The notes below the pieces were generated by a model. The model was not told the DNA's origin. It saw nothing but the letters and a program-made list of their open reading frames with translations, and searched no databases. A DNA stretch of 63,960 nucleotides, counting the filler, from an uncultured Planctomycetaceae bacterium (GTDB lineage Bacteria; Planctomycetota; Planctomycetia; Planctomycetales; Planctomycetaceae): assembly GCA_963976765.1 (NCBI GenBank). It is 5 parts of 5 records of this genome, joined end to end, with 100 filler letters (N's around TTAATTAATTAA, not from the genome) between each part and the next. Parts side by side here need not be neighbours in the genome. Positions count along the whole stretch, not along the records: positions 34,774 to 49,192 come from CAXBME010000061.1; positions 49,293 to 62,346 come from CAXBME010000063.1; 3 more parts are not named here. The stretch is one strand, 5' to 3'. Position 1 is the first letter of the stretch; every line of letters starts with the position of its first letter. The position numbers and the translations under genes are program-made. This document shows positions 48,887 through 59,505 of the stretch, one piece after another.

Positions 48887-49192
48887 AGCGTATTCTGGCG
48901 GTTTCCTGTTCGGGTTGTAATTTGCTGATATCTGCTGATTTGCAGAGATAGAACCACCAGTCGCCCGCGACTTGTGCTGACACAAAGCAAACGCAATCTA
49001 CTCCTTGGTGTCACGCTTTCCCTTCATCATTCTGCTCCGATTTCAGATTCCGGCTTTCACCGGAATTCTAACATCGAGAACGGACTCGAATTCGGGGAGC
49101 AAATCAAGCTGATCAAACGGCTGTTTCAAATCCGAACTAGAGCGAGTTTCAGATAACTCTAGCGCGATCCGGGAGAGATGAGTAAGCTGGCG

Positions 49193-49292
49193 NNNNNNNN
49201 NNNNNNNNNNNNNNNNNNNNNNNNNNNNNNNNNNNNTTAATTAATTAANNNNNNNNNNNNNNNNNNNNNNNNNNNNNNNNNNNNNNNNNNNN
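49193..49292. other. Artificial contig linker
   Basis: N-TTAATTAATTAA-N. Confidence 0.98.
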
Positions 49293-49347
49293 CAGAACCG
49301 ACTCGATCAGAACCGACTCGATCAGAACCGACTCGATCAGAACCGAC
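49293..49347 (+). repeat. 15-bp tandem repeat (CAGAACCGACTCGAT) x3.7 at the contig start
   Basis: Directly visible; truncated by the gap. Confidence 0.9.
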
Positions 49348-49829
49348 CGACACCGTGCCGATTTACGTTGCAGACAACTCAAATTCCCGGCCGACGACTC
49401 AGCGGCGTGTGAGAAATTCGCCGAATCCTCTCACCAGCCATCCCCGGACCGCGAACGGGCAATCCAATTGCGGAGGAGTATAAAAGAGTATCGAACTTCT
49501 GGCTGTCAGGTCCGGGTCATACTTGTGTCAAAGTTCTGTCATCGTCCCCGCCGTTTCTGCCGTCAGAGTTTCCCTGTCTTAAGTAGTCGGACACGCCGCT
49601 CGATTGTCGGAAGTCTTTTTAAGACCGTTGGTTGAGACAGCATAGATCGACGGGTATTCTCTGGAACTCTCTGTCAGCCCCGTCGAGCGAATGAATACCC
49701 TGGGACTTTCGAATCCCACGGTCGTGGTGAGCAGATTTCACACGGGTCAAGTCTTTGTCGGCAACTCTGCCAGCAAATCCTGCCAACAGGCGCGGTAAGC
49801 AATCGACTTGCCGTGGTTAATTTCTAAAT

Positions 49830-52499
49830 ATGTACCGACTTCTTGGTAACTCTGTCATTCGCCTCTGGCCAGCAATCCTGCTCGGCTGGGTGATTGCGCT
49901 CGTTGCATTGAAGCTCTCTGCCCCAAACTGGCAGGACGTCATTGAGGAGGGAGAATTTGCCTTCCTCCCGGACGAAATGCCAAGCCTGACGGGTGAGCGC
50001 CAGTACGAAGATGCCTGGGGAGAACCATTCGCCAGCAACATCGCCCTGGTGGTCCGCCGCGAGCGCACAAAACTCAACGAGCAGGATCGGGACTTCATTG
50101 TCAACGTTCTCAAGCCCAGACTGGTCGAGATCGTCGAACGGATCGGCCTGCCTGAGCCATCAGCTCACGCGACCAGTTCCACGGAAGTCAGTGCAGCCGA
50201 CGTCGCCAACGACGAAGAGTCCATCGAAAAGAAGATCAAGACGTTTGACCTGACCGGCTGGCAGAAAATTCTGGACAGCTCAGACGGCACGGCAACGATG
50301 GTCGTCATTAATCTGAAAACAGAATTCTTCAACGCGAAGAACATCCCTCTCATTGACGCGATCGCCGACCTGATTGAACGTGACGGCGAACTTTACGACA
50401 AAGACGCCAGTGGCCAGAGCCCCGTCCCTCCAGGCCTGGAACTGGCGCTAAGCGGCTCGGCCACGGTCGGTCGCGACATGATGCGGGCCGCGACGGAAAG
50501 TTCCAAAGCGACAGAACTCTGGACCGTAATTCTGGTCGTCGCACTGTTGCTGATCATTTACCGAGCCCCGGTTCTGGCCATCATCCCGCTGGCGACAGTC
50601 GCAGTGGCAACAGAATTCTCACTGGCATTTCTGACCGTCCTGGCCGACCACGGAATCCTCTCACTGTTCAACGGGATCGAGGTTTACGTCAAGGTTCTGT
50701 GCTACGGGGCTGGCGTCGACTACTGCCTCTTCCTGATCGCTCGTTTCAAAGAAGAACTGGACGACGGTGTTGAGACCGTCGAAGCCGTCTCGGGATCCAT
50801 CGCGAAAGTCGGCGAAGCACTTGTCGCCAGTGCGGGGACGGTGATCTGCGGAATCGGCATGATGATTTTCGCCGACTTCGGAAAATTCCGACAGGCAGGA
50901 ATCGCCATCACCGTTGGACTGGTCGTCGTGCTGATCGCATCCCTGACCTTCACTCCAGCACTCTTGAGACTCGCTGGCCGCTGGGCATTCTGGCCGCATG
51001 TCGCCACTCGGCGAGTGAGAAGTTCTGGCGGCTGGGTATCGGCGACTGGCCTGATGGCATCGCTGCTCCGCAAGAATGTCTTTCAAGCAATCTGGCAGAA
51101 AACCAGCGAAGTCATTCTTGAGAAGCCGGCTTTTGTTCTGACGCTGAGTATCGCGTTGATGACGCCGTTTGCGGTGATCGCGGTCGTCTGTTTCGACAAT
51201 CTCAGCTACGGACTGCTCTCGGAGCTTCCACAGGACAACACCAGCGTCCTCGGCGCCAAAGCGATTCAGAAGCACTACCCCGACGGTATCGCCGGACCGG
51301 TCACGTTACTGCTTCATAACCCTGATATGAACTTTGAAGAGGAAGAGAGTCAGGAATTCGTCGGCAGGCTCGTTGAATCACTTTATGAACGAAAAGACGA
51401 ATTGAAACTCGCTGATATCCGCAGCGTGGTTCATCCGTTCGGAATTGCCATCCACCAGGAAGAACAGAGAGACTCCAACACGGCTGACGGTGGGAAAAAC
51501 AGCCCCAAAGGGCTAAGCGGCCTGGAACTGGTAAAGTTCCTTGCCGAACGGCGACTCATCAGGGCCAAAGCTCAAGAGCATTACATCAGCCAGACGGAAT
51601 CGTTCAACGGCTCGATGACGCAGATCGATTTTGTTTCAACCGACGATCCGTTTTCACGAGACAGCATTCGACAGTTTGTTGAACTCAAAGAAGACGTTCT
51701 CGCTGAAGCTCGTAAATTCCTGTCGACGGACGCAAAACTCAACGTCTACGGGATCGGCCCGACGGCCAGCATTCGAGACCTTAAGACAGTCACCGATCGC
51801 GATCAGCGAGTCGTCGACTCCCTCGTATTAATGGGCATTTTTCTGATCCTGGTCGCTCTGCTGCGGCAAGTGACAATTCCTGTCTACCTGATTATCAGCG
51901 TCTTTTTCAGTTACCTGGTGACACTCGGAGCGACGTTCGCCTTCTTCTACGCACTTGACCCGGCGGGATTTGCGGGGTTGGACTGGAAGGTGCCAACGTT
52001 CCTCTTCACGATTCTGATCGCGGTCGGCGAAGACTACAACATTTTCCTCATGACCCGCATCCGTGAAGAGCAGATTACCCACGGCCCCGTGAAGGGGGTG
52101 GCCATTGCGTTGACGCGGACAGGCAGCATCATCTCCAGTTGTGGAATCATCATGGCGGGCACGTTTTCCTCGCTACTGGCGGGAACGCTCGCTGGCATGC
52201 ACCAGCTTGGTTTCGCACTCGCGTTTGGAGTTCTGCTCGACACATTTGTTGTACGTCCAATTCTAGTTCCGGCGTTCCTGGTGCTCTACTACGAAGGCCG
52301 CCTGGGAATCCTCAAACCGCCCGGTGAACTTGCCGACGCAACACAGTCATCACTCGAAACTCAGCCGGCATCAGCTGCCGGCCAACCGCCGACTGTCGCC
52401 ACGAAGGACTCAGCAACGGATGAGTCAGCCGAAGATTCTGACGACGCATCTGAATCAGAGGACGAAGCTATCCCGCCGTCCGTCAAGTCGCAGGCCTGA
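49830..52499 (+). CDS. MMPL-family (RND superfamily) transporter
   Basis: GAGVDYCLFLIARFKEE, SAGTVICG, IAVGEDYNIFLMTRIREE, TGSIISSCGIIMAGTF, GVLLDTFVVRPILVPA. Confidence 0.93.
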   Translation: MYRLLGNSVIRLWPAILLGWVIALVALKLSAPNWQDVIEEGEFAFLPDEMPSLTGERQYEDAWGEPFASNIALVVRRERTKLNEQDRDFIVNVLKPRLVEIVERIGLPEPSAHATSSTEVSAADVANDEESIEKKIKTFDLTGWQKILDSSDGTATMVVINLKTEFFNAKNIPLIDAIADLIERDGELYDKDASGQSPVPPGLELALSGSATVGRDMMRAATESSKATELWTVILVVALLLIIYRAPVLAIIPLATVAVATEFSLAFLTVLADHGILSLFNGIEVYVKVLCYGAGVDYCLFLIARFKEELDDGVETVEAVSGSIAKVGEALVASAGTVICGIGMMIFADFGKFRQAGIAITVGLVVVLIASLTFTPALLRLAGRWAFWPHVATRRVRSSGGWVSATGLMASLLRKNVFQAIWQKTSEVILEKPAFVLTLSIALMTPFAVIAVVCFDNLSYGLLSELPQDNTSVLGAKAIQKHYPDGIAGPVTLLLHNPDMNFEEEESQEFVGRLVESLYERKDELKLADIRSVVHPFGIAIHQEEQRDSNTADGGKNSPKGLSGLELVKFLAERRLIRAKAQEHYISQTESFNGSMTQIDFVSTDDPFSRDSIRQFVELKEDVLAEARKFLSTDAKLNVYGIGPTASIRDLKTVTDRDQRVVDSLVLMGIFLILVALLRQVTIPVYLIISVFFSYLVTLGATFAFFYALDPAGFAGLDWKVPTFLFTILIAVGEDYNIFLMTRIREEQITHGPVKGVAIALTRTGSIISSCGIIMAGTFSSLLAGTLAGMHQLGFALAFGVLLDTFVVRPILVPAFLVLYYEGRLGILKPPGELADATQSSLETQPASAAGQPPTVATKDSATDESAEDSDDASESEDEAIPPSVKSQA

Positions 52500-52534
52500 A
52501 TCCAGCGATGCGTCTCAGAACGCCCAGCGGCCAA

Positions 52535-53749
52535 TCACGCAGCTTGCTGCTTCTGGTCTCGGATCATCATCGAATAGACCGCGAACAATCCCGCAGCAGC
52601 AGCGATTCCAGCGAGGCAGCCATAAACGATGGTATCAGCAGACTCTCCGTCGAACTGACCGGCGAATAAAGAACCGAACGCTCCGATTCCAAAGCACATC
52701 ATGTTGCTGAATCCGTACCCCAGACTTCGCCGGGAAGATGGAATGTGCTGAGCAATCAGACTGTTATAAACCGGCTGGTTCATGAAGTGAACGACGGCCA
52801 GCACGCAGGCCGCCACAAAGCGGCTCGGACCTTCGGCAAACGCCATCCACAACAGCGGCGGTACATTTCCGAACAGGACGACGACGAGCAAAAACTCAAG
52901 CCGCCCCGGTCGACAAAGACGTCCGGCGATGCCCTGCCCTATTGCGCCGAAGACAAGCACCACGGCGGCGAGCGCGTTTCGAAAACTCGCCGGTGTCCAG
53001 TCCTCCGGTCGAAGCCCCGCCGTATCCAGGTAGCGCGGCAGAAAATGCATGAACGCTCCGTAGACGAATCCCGAAAGCGCGCCGGCAGAAACGAGAGTCA
53101 AATAGCGATTCCAGCAAATCGCTTCTTCCGGCGCAGCGTCTGGACTCGGCTTGATTGGTGACGCTTTTATCGCTTTCCGGTGACGCAACTCGTCCAACCA
53201 CAACAGCCCCGCGATCAACATCGCCGGAAACGTCAGAATCAGGTAGTAGTCTCGCCAGCCGAGATCTCCCGACGAGAAAAGCAGCATGGCTCCAAACGGC
53301 GCACCAGCGATTCCCAGCGAACCAATAATGCCGTGCAGACCGAGCGCTGAGCCTCGCGTTTCCGGCGTCGTCTCGCGAGAAATAAGCGAAAGACCGGCGG
53401 GATGATAGATGCTCGCAAAACACCCCATTGCCAGCATGACCAGAAGCAGAATGTTGAACGATGGCGCCCAGCGAGCCAGTACTGCCGTGATCGAGCACCC
53501 GATCAAATACACAATCAGCAGCGGCCTCGATCCGTAACGGTCGGCGAGAAATCCAGCCAGCACCGCTCCCAGACCAAACGGTAATCGCCACACCATGCCC
53601 AGAGCGCCCGTCGACGCTTTTCCGACTCCGTACTCGTCGCCAATCATCTGCTCGACCGCCGGCAACGCCAGCTCAAACATATGCACCAGCGCGTGCGCGC
53701 ACGAAATCAGCAACACAAGTCGAAACGTTGAAGCTGGCATTCTGGTCAT
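52535..53749 (-). CDS. MFS transporter
   Basis: About 12 TM segments; GFLADRYGSR motif A; SIYHPAG. Confidence 0.9.
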   Translation of the reverse strand: MTRMPASTFRLVLLISCAHALVHMFELALPAVEQMIGDEYGVGKASTGALGMVWRLPFGLGAVLAGFLADRYGSRPLLIVYLIGCSITAVLARWAPSFNILLLVMLAMGCFASIYHPAGLSLISRETTPETRGSALGLHGIIGSLGIAGAPFGAMLLFSSGDLGWRDYYLILTFPAMLIAGLLWLDELRHRKAIKASPIKPSPDAAPEEAICWNRYLTLVSAGALSGFVYGAFMHFLPRYLDTAGLRPEDWTPASFRNALAAVVLVFGAIGQGIAGRLCRPGRLEFLLVVVLFGNVPPLLWMAFAEGPSRFVAACVLAVVHFMNQPVYNSLIAQHIPSSRRSLGYGFSNMMCFGIGAFGSLFAGQFDGESADTIVYGCLAGIAAAAGLFAVYSMMIRDQKQQAA

Positions 53750-53996
53750 GAACTATTCCCTTGAGGACGACGGATCAGAGCGGATCTCTCCCCGGTAAGC
53801 AATCTGCCTCCGACGGCAACCGCACCGACGACACAGCGGCGCCGCATAAAGCTCGGATTCGTTACGTCAGTTTGAAACCGCAGCCTGAGCCGGAATCACT
53901 CGTGATCAGTCAGTGAATTCGGCTTCCCGGTATCGTACGATTCCTGAGGCGAGAAGATCGTCAGCGTCTTTGACAGCGGAAACAGCGGACTTCGTC

Positions 53997-54797
53997 ATGT
54001 TCTCAGAAAACGAAACCTCAGCCGGAAACATCGGCGCGTCACAACGCAGTCGAAGACGCCGCATGCTCGCGATCCGGTACGCTTCCGAAGTCGCCCCAGC
54101 CCCTCACAGCAACGTAAACATCCCAAGTCCGCCTGGGTCCGACGATGCACGAACAGTCGCGCCGACTTTAGTCACCAGCGATCGTGACCGGATCCAGGAG
54201 CTGCTGGATGGAGTCGATCCTCGTACCTGGGTCTTTACCGGCGACACCCTTGGCTTCGAAATTCAGCAGGCCCGTCGCGGATGGGTCGAGCACTTTTCCG
54301 ATTTCCTTCGCGAGAAGCTCGACCGAAAGCACGACATCATTCTCAACTCGTCCGTCGCAGGTTCAACGATCGAGCACCTGCTCAAAGACGTCGAGTGGCG
54401 CATCCTGCGTTTTCAGCCGGACGTCGTGCTGATGATGCCTTCCGCCGCTGAATGTGCAGAGCGAGGTGCCGACGACGAATTCCGCGCAACGCTGCAACAG
54501 CTCACCGATCGGCTGCACGAGGAAGGTTGCTCGGTCGTTCTCAACACCCCGCCCTGCCCTGCCAACGCCAGTCAAGCTGTTACGACAACGATGAAGACCG
54601 CCGCGTCGCGCATTCGCGCCGTCGCCACGCAATCGGGAGCCGTACTCGCCGACCATTGTTCCAACTGGCAGGCAACCACTCAGCAAGACGGAGCCAACGC
54701 GAATCTTCATGAAGAATCCGGACAGCAACCATCCGCACGCGGCCACCGCGAGCTGGCTCGCCGACTGTTGAAGTCACTCAACATCCGCTCTTCCTGA
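53997..54797 (+). CDS. SGNH/GDSL-fold protein with degenerate catalytic motifs
   Basis: WVFTGDT (for GDS), NSSVAG, FQPDVV, QPSARGH (for DGxHP). Confidence 0.7.
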   Translation: MFSENETSAGNIGASQRSRRRRMLAIRYASEVAPAPHSNVNIPSPPGSDDARTVAPTLVTSDRDRIQELLDGVDPRTWVFTGDTLGFEIQQARRGWVEHFSDFLREKLDRKHDIILNSSVAGSTIEHLLKDVEWRILRFQPDVVLMMPSAAECAERGADDEFRATLQQLTDRLHEEGCSVVLNTPPCPANASQAVTTTMKTAASRIRAVATQSGAVLADHCSNWQATTQQDGANANLHEESGQQPSARGHRELARRLLKSLNIRSS

Positions 54798-54908
54798 CAG
54801 GCCGGCGCAGTTCACGCTGCCCAGAGAAACGCAGGCTGGCCAAGCCACGGCAATTCACGTTTGATAATGCTGGGTCAAGCCCCAGCCTACCGTGCCGCTC
54901 GCTCCAGG

Positions 54909-55922
54909 CTACTTATCACCGAGTTCGATCGGGACTTCGGTCAGCCACTGAAGCAGAACGCGACCAACTTTGGACAGGCTTGTCGCCGAGCAACTGCGGG
55001 CGGTATCGCGCGTTGTGTGCCAGTACGGGTAGTCGAAGTCGATGATGTCTGCCGTGGGGATGCCGGCAATCTGATTCAGGGCGAGATGATCGTCTCGAAC
55101 TTCGTACTTCTCCTGGTAGATGAACTCTTTGACCTGCATGTTTCGAGCCGTTGCCCAGAGACTTTGCGTCACCTTCGGAGCCATTTTCCAGCTGTTTTTC
55201 TCGATGTACAGATTGAGATTCTTGTCGGCAATCATGTCGACAACCACGCCGCAGACGTACTTGTAATCCGGCGGGTTGTCGCGGTACCACGTCGCGAAAT
55301 ACTCAGACCCGTAGAAGTATTTGTCGAAATCCCGATAGACGAGTTCTTCGCCGTCAAACATCACCAGGTCGACTCCGTACCGAGGCCGGATTGTCTTCAG
55401 ATGATGAGCCATTTCCATGAACAGAGCGACTCCGCTGGCTCCGTCGTTCGCGCCGATAAACGGCCCTTGCGGTCGGAAACGGTCACGATCGGGAAACGGA
55501 CGCGTGTCGTAGTGACATGCCAGAACGACTCGCTCTTTCGCCGTCGGTGCAAACGAGATAACAAGATTCGTCATTCGCACCGGAACACCGGTTTGAGGAT
55601 GAGCGACGTCAAAGGCTTGAGCGCGAATCTCGCAGCCAAACTGCCGAAAATGCTCGATAACCATCGCCTGCTGCTTGAGCATGCCGTCCGAACCGCTGAT
55701 TCGCGGACCAATCTCGCAAACCTTCTCAAGATAACCGAACGCGCGCCGGCTGTCCCAGTTGATGTCCACGTTCTGAGCGTCGGCGGGTATCGCCAACAAG
55801 CCTGCGACCAGCACCAGACTAAGGCACAGAATCCGCACGCAGGAACCGGCTTCGGATTTTTTCCGACTCGCGTTCGCGGAAGCGTCGTTACTGGTTGGCG
55901 TATCGTGAGTGAAGGTGCGCAT
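54909..55922 (-). CDS. M28-family metallopeptidase / glutaminyl cyclase-like, exported
   Basis: GPRISGS, HYDTRP, GANDGASG, FDGEE, DMIAD, DDH, YWHT. Confidence 0.88.
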   Translation of the reverse strand: MRTFTHDTPTSNDASANASRKKSEAGSCVRILCLSLVLVAGLLAIPADAQNVDINWDSRRAFGYLEKVCEIGPRISGSDGMLKQQAMVIEHFRQFGCEIRAQAFDVAHPQTGVPVRMTNLVISFAPTAKERVVLACHYDTRPFPDRDRFRPQGPFIGANDGASGVALFMEMAHHLKTIRPRYGVDLVMFDGEELVYRDFDKYFYGSEYFATWYRDNPPDYKYVCGVVVDMIADKNLNLYIEKNSWKMAPKVTQSLWATARNMQVKEFIYQEKYEVRDDHLALNQIAGIPTADIIDFDYPYWHTTRDTARSCSATSLSKVGRVLLQWLTEVPIELGDK

Positions 55923-57753
55923 TCTGAATCCGTTTCCTGAGCGCGTCGTTTTCGTCCAGCAGTTCCCGGGGAAGTTTCGTGCTGAACCGTGACAGAAACT
56001 CTTCCCTGCGGTCAACCTCTTTGTACCACTCGTCTGTCTTCACTGCGAGCAGTTCGTGCATGAACTCTTTCGTCCAGCCGAAGTCGCTGAGTCCCAGGCA
56101 CTGCGATTTCGGGATCATGCCGATGGCTGTTTCGTTGGCATCGCCGCGACCGCGAGTTCGGTCGACGATCCACTTCAACACACGCATGTTCTCACGAAAA
56201 CCCGGCCACAGGTAACGATCGCCCCAATCCTTGCGGAACCAGTTGACGTGATAAATCTTTGGCATGTCGGCGCCCGGTCGACGGCCCATGTTGAGCCAGT
56301 GCTGCCAGTAATCAGCCATGTGGTAGCCGCAGAACGGCTGCATCGCCATCGGGTCAAACTTGAGCGGTCCGACTGTCCCGGCAACCGTCGCCGGAAGCTC
56401 GCTGGTCAACGTCGCTCCAAGGTACGTCCCGTGCTGCCAGTTGAACGCTTCATAAACAAGCGGCATCGTCGTCGTTCGTCGACCGCCGAATATGATCGCG
56501 CTGATCGGGACACCCTGCGGATTGTCCCACTCATCCGACAGTGTCGGGCAGTTCGCGGCCGGCACTGTAAATCGACTGTTGGAATGAGCGGCTGATCGAC
56601 CACACTCTGGCTCCCATCGCTGGCCGGTCCAGTCGGCACAGAATTCAGGAACGTCTCCGTCAAGACCTTCCCACCAGACACTGCGTTCTTCAGTCATCGC
56701 CACGTTGGTAAAAATGGTGTTCGACCGGAGCGTCTCCATGCCGTTGGGGTTGCTCGCGGAGCTGGTGCCGGTGGCGACTCCGAAAAATCCTGCTTCCGAA
56801 TTCACCGCGTAAAGTCGTCCGTCATCGCCAAAGTGCATCCACGCAATATCGTCGCCGATCACTTCCACTTTCCAGCCGGCTGCCAGATCAGCATCCGGCG
56901 GCAGCAACATGGCGAGGTTCGTCTTTCCGCAAGATGCAGGAAACGCGCCCGCGATGAAAGTCCGAACGCCGTCCGGAGACGTCACACAGATAATCATCAT
57001 ATGCTCGGCCAGCCAGCCTTCGTGACGAGCCTGCACGCTCGCAAGCCTCAGTGCGTGACACTTCTTTGGCAGCATGGCGTCGCTGCCGTAGTTCGTGTTC
57101 ATGCTGACGATCAGATTTTCTTCCGGAAAATGGCAGACGTATCGCTGCTCTGGATCGAGTGTTCCGACACTGTGAATCCCTTTCACAAAACCGGTCTGAT
57201 TTCCGAAATGCTCCAGTGCCACGCGACCGATCCGATTCATCAGTCGAAGATTCGCGACGACGTACGGGCTGTCCGTGACTTGAACTCCGACGCGAGCGGC
57301 CGGACTTCCCGGAGGTCCAAGCAGGTACGGCACAACGTACATCACGCGTCCCTGCATGCAGCCGTTGAACAGGTGAGCCATCTGGTCGCGCATGAAAACC
57401 GGATCCATCCAGTTGTTACTCGGGCCGGCATCGTCTTCGCTCAGACTGCAAATGAACGTACGGGTAGAAGAACGCTCCACATCAGAAACGTGGCTCCGCA
57501 CGTAGTACGAGTTCGGATGAATCAGCGCATCGAGTTTCTCAGCAGAACCATCGCGCAGCATCAGTTCGATGATCCGCTCGGCTTCTTCGTCGGTGCCGGA
57601 ACACCAGTGAACGATGTGCGGCTGGGTCAGACGAGCGACGGTCTCGACCCACGCAATCAGTTCCTGATTCATCGGCACCTGCCGAACGACCGCCCCCGGA
57701 CCCGCTTTCGTGGGATCCGGCTTCGGTGGCAGAATGACTCCAGTACTCTCCAT
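55888..57753 (-). CDS. pckG: Phosphoenolpyruvate carboxykinase (GTP)
   Basis: KKCHALRLAS, GWLAEHM, AFPASCGKTNLAM, IGDDIAW, AAHSNSRF, IIFGGRR, DPMAMQPFCGY, VNWFRK, LWPGF.EN.RVL. Confidence 0.95.
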   Translation of the reverse strand: MESTGVILPPKPDPTKAGPGAVVRQVPMNQELIAWVETVARLTQPHIVHWCSGTDEEAERIIELMLRDGSAEKLDALIHPNSYYVRSHVSDVERSSTRTFICSLSEDDAGPSNNWMDPVFMRDQMAHLFNGCMQGRVMYVVPYLLGPPGSPAARVGVQVTDSPYVVANLRLMNRIGRVALEHFGNQTGFVKGIHSVGTLDPEQRYVCHFPEENLIVSMNTNYGSDAMLPKKCHALRLASVQARHEGWLAEHMMIICVTSPDGVRTFIAGAFPASCGKTNLAMLLPPDADLAAGWKVEVIGDDIAWMHFGDDGRLYAVNSEAGFFGVATGTSSASNPNGMETLRSNTIFTNVAMTEERSVWWEGLDGDVPEFCADWTGQRWEPECGRSAAHSNSRFTVPAANCPTLSDEWDNPQGVPISAIIFGGRRTTTMPLVYEAFNWQHGTYLGATLTSELPATVAGTVGPLKFDPMAMQPFCGYHMADYWQHWLNMGRRPGADMPKIYHVNWFRKDWGDRYLWPGFRENMRVLKWIVDRTRGRGDANETAIGMIPKSQCLGLSDFGWTKEFMHELLAVKTDEWYKEVDRREEFLSRFSTKLPRELLDENDALRKRIQNAHLHSRYANQ

Positions 57754-58026
57754 TGCACTTCTCGCTTCGTTAGAACATCGCCACCTTAAGCATGTCTCCT
57801 CTCCCGCCTGTGGGAGAGGTGACACTGAACCCGGGCGGCATCAAATCGCGTGACCGAGGTGCCACCGCGCGCACGATCGCGACTGAATGAAAAGTAGCTT
57901 ACGATCCCCGTCTTTCCCGCGACGATTCACGTCGGCGCAAACGATGCCCGGTTCCGGTTACAGAATCCGTAGCGGTTCTACCGGCTTTGCCAGCCTGATC
58001 ACGAACAAGTACGTCGGAGATTCCAG

Positions 58027-59469
58027 ATGCCTCGCGTTCGCTTCGCTCACATGCTGCTGCTCATCGCTATCGTCTTTGCGGGACTTGTCAGCCCTTCTCC
58101 CGGTGCTGAAAAGAAGCCAAACATCCTGCTGATTTTCGCAGATGATCAAGCCTTCGACACGATCCACGCCCACGGCAACTCAGAGATCCAGACCCCGAAT
58201 CTTGACCGTCTCAGTGCCCGAGCAACCACATTCACCCACGCCTACAACATGGGTTCGTGGAGCGGCGCGGTCTGTGTGGCCAGTCGCATGATGATGATCT
58301 CGGGTAAGTACCTCTGGCACGCCGAGAAGGATTACTCACAAACAAAGCAGCTCTATCAGGACAAGGGACGGCTGTGGCCTCAGCTTCTGGCATCAAGCGG
58401 CTACGACACGTACTTCACTGGCAAGTGGCACATCCGAGCGGATGCCAGCAAGGCTTTCAAACACGCCGCCAACATCCGAGGTGGAATGCCGAATCAGACC
58501 GAAGCCGGCTACAACCGGCCGATCGAAGGGCAACCCATGAAATGGACTCCGTGGGACAAATCGTTCGAGGGCTTCTGGAAAGGCGGAAAGCACTGGAGTG
58601 AAGTCGTTGGCGACGACGCGACCGGCTTCATCAATACCGCAAAGAAAAGCGACAACCCCTTCTTCATGTACATCGCCTTTAACGCTCCGCATGACCCGCG
58701 TCAGTCACCGAAGGAGTACGTCGACAAGTACCCGCTCGACAAGATCGCGATGCCCGCGAGTTTTGTTCCCGAGTACCCGTTCAACGAAGCGATGAACTCG
58801 GGGCGTAATCTTCGAGACGAACGACTCGCTCCATTCCCCCGCACGGAATACTCCGTCAAAGTCAATCGCCAGGAATACTACGCGATCATCACTCACATGG
58901 ACGCTCAGATTGGCCGCATCCTGGACACGCTTGAAGCCAGCGGACAGGCCGACAACACCTACATCTTCTTCACCGCCGACCACGGCCTCGCCGTCGGTCG
59001 CCACGGTCTGATGGGCAAGCAGAACATGTTCGACCACAGCGTGCGAGTGCCGCTAATGGTCGTCGGCCCGGACGTCCCGAAGAACAAAAAGATCGACGCG
59101 CGAGTCTACCTGCAGGACGTCATGGCCACGTCCCTGGAACTTTCCGGCACTCAGAAACCGGACTACGTGCAGTTCGAAAGTCTGCTGCCGCTGATTAACG
59201 GAAAAACCGACAAGGGCCGCGACGCCATTTACGGTGCCTACCTGCAAGGTCAGCGAATGGTGACGTACGGCGACTACAAAATGATCCTTTACCCAGGCAT
59301 CAGCAAAGCGATCCTCTACAACATTGCGACAGACCCACTGGAGCTGCACGATCTGGCCGACCAGAAGGAACACCAGCCACGAATGTCAAAACTCTTCGTA
59401 AGACTGCTGAACCTTCAGTTAGAAACCGGCGACGAACTTGACCTGAAGGCAGCGTTCCCAAACCTGTAA
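58027..59469 (+). CDS. Secreted sulfatase (formylglycine-dependent)
   Basis: Signal peptide; PNILLIFADDQ, CVASR (CxAxR), GKWH, APHDP, ADHG, GKQNMFDHSVRVPL. Confidence 0.93.
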   Translation: MPRVRFAHMLLLIAIVFAGLVSPSPGAEKKPNILLIFADDQAFDTIHAHGNSEIQTPNLDRLSARATTFTHAYNMGSWSGAVCVASRMMMISGKYLWHAEKDYSQTKQLYQDKGRLWPQLLASSGYDTYFTGKWHIRADASKAFKHAANIRGGMPNQTEAGYNRPIEGQPMKWTPWDKSFEGFWKGGKHWSEVVGDDATGFINTAKKSDNPFFMYIAFNAPHDPRQSPKEYVDKYPLDKIAMPASFVPEYPFNEAMNSGRNLRDERLAPFPRTEYSVKVNRQEYYAIITHMDAQIGRILDTLEASGQADNTYIFFTADHGLAVGRHGLMGKQNMFDHSVRVPLMVVGPDVPKNKKIDARVYLQDVMATSLELSGTQKPDYVQFESLLPLINGKTDKGRDAIYGAYLQGQRMVTYGDYKMILYPGISKAILYNIATDPLELHDLADQKEHQPRMSKLFVRLLNLQLETGDELDLKAAFPNL

Positions 59470-59505
59470 CAACGACCTCGTGATCAACGACGCCAGGCAA
59501 CGTTC

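Noticed and set aside
54861..57789. Long plus-strand ORFs (54861-55940, 56833-57789)
   Set aside because: Antisense shadows of the M28 peptidase and pckG in GC-rich DNA.
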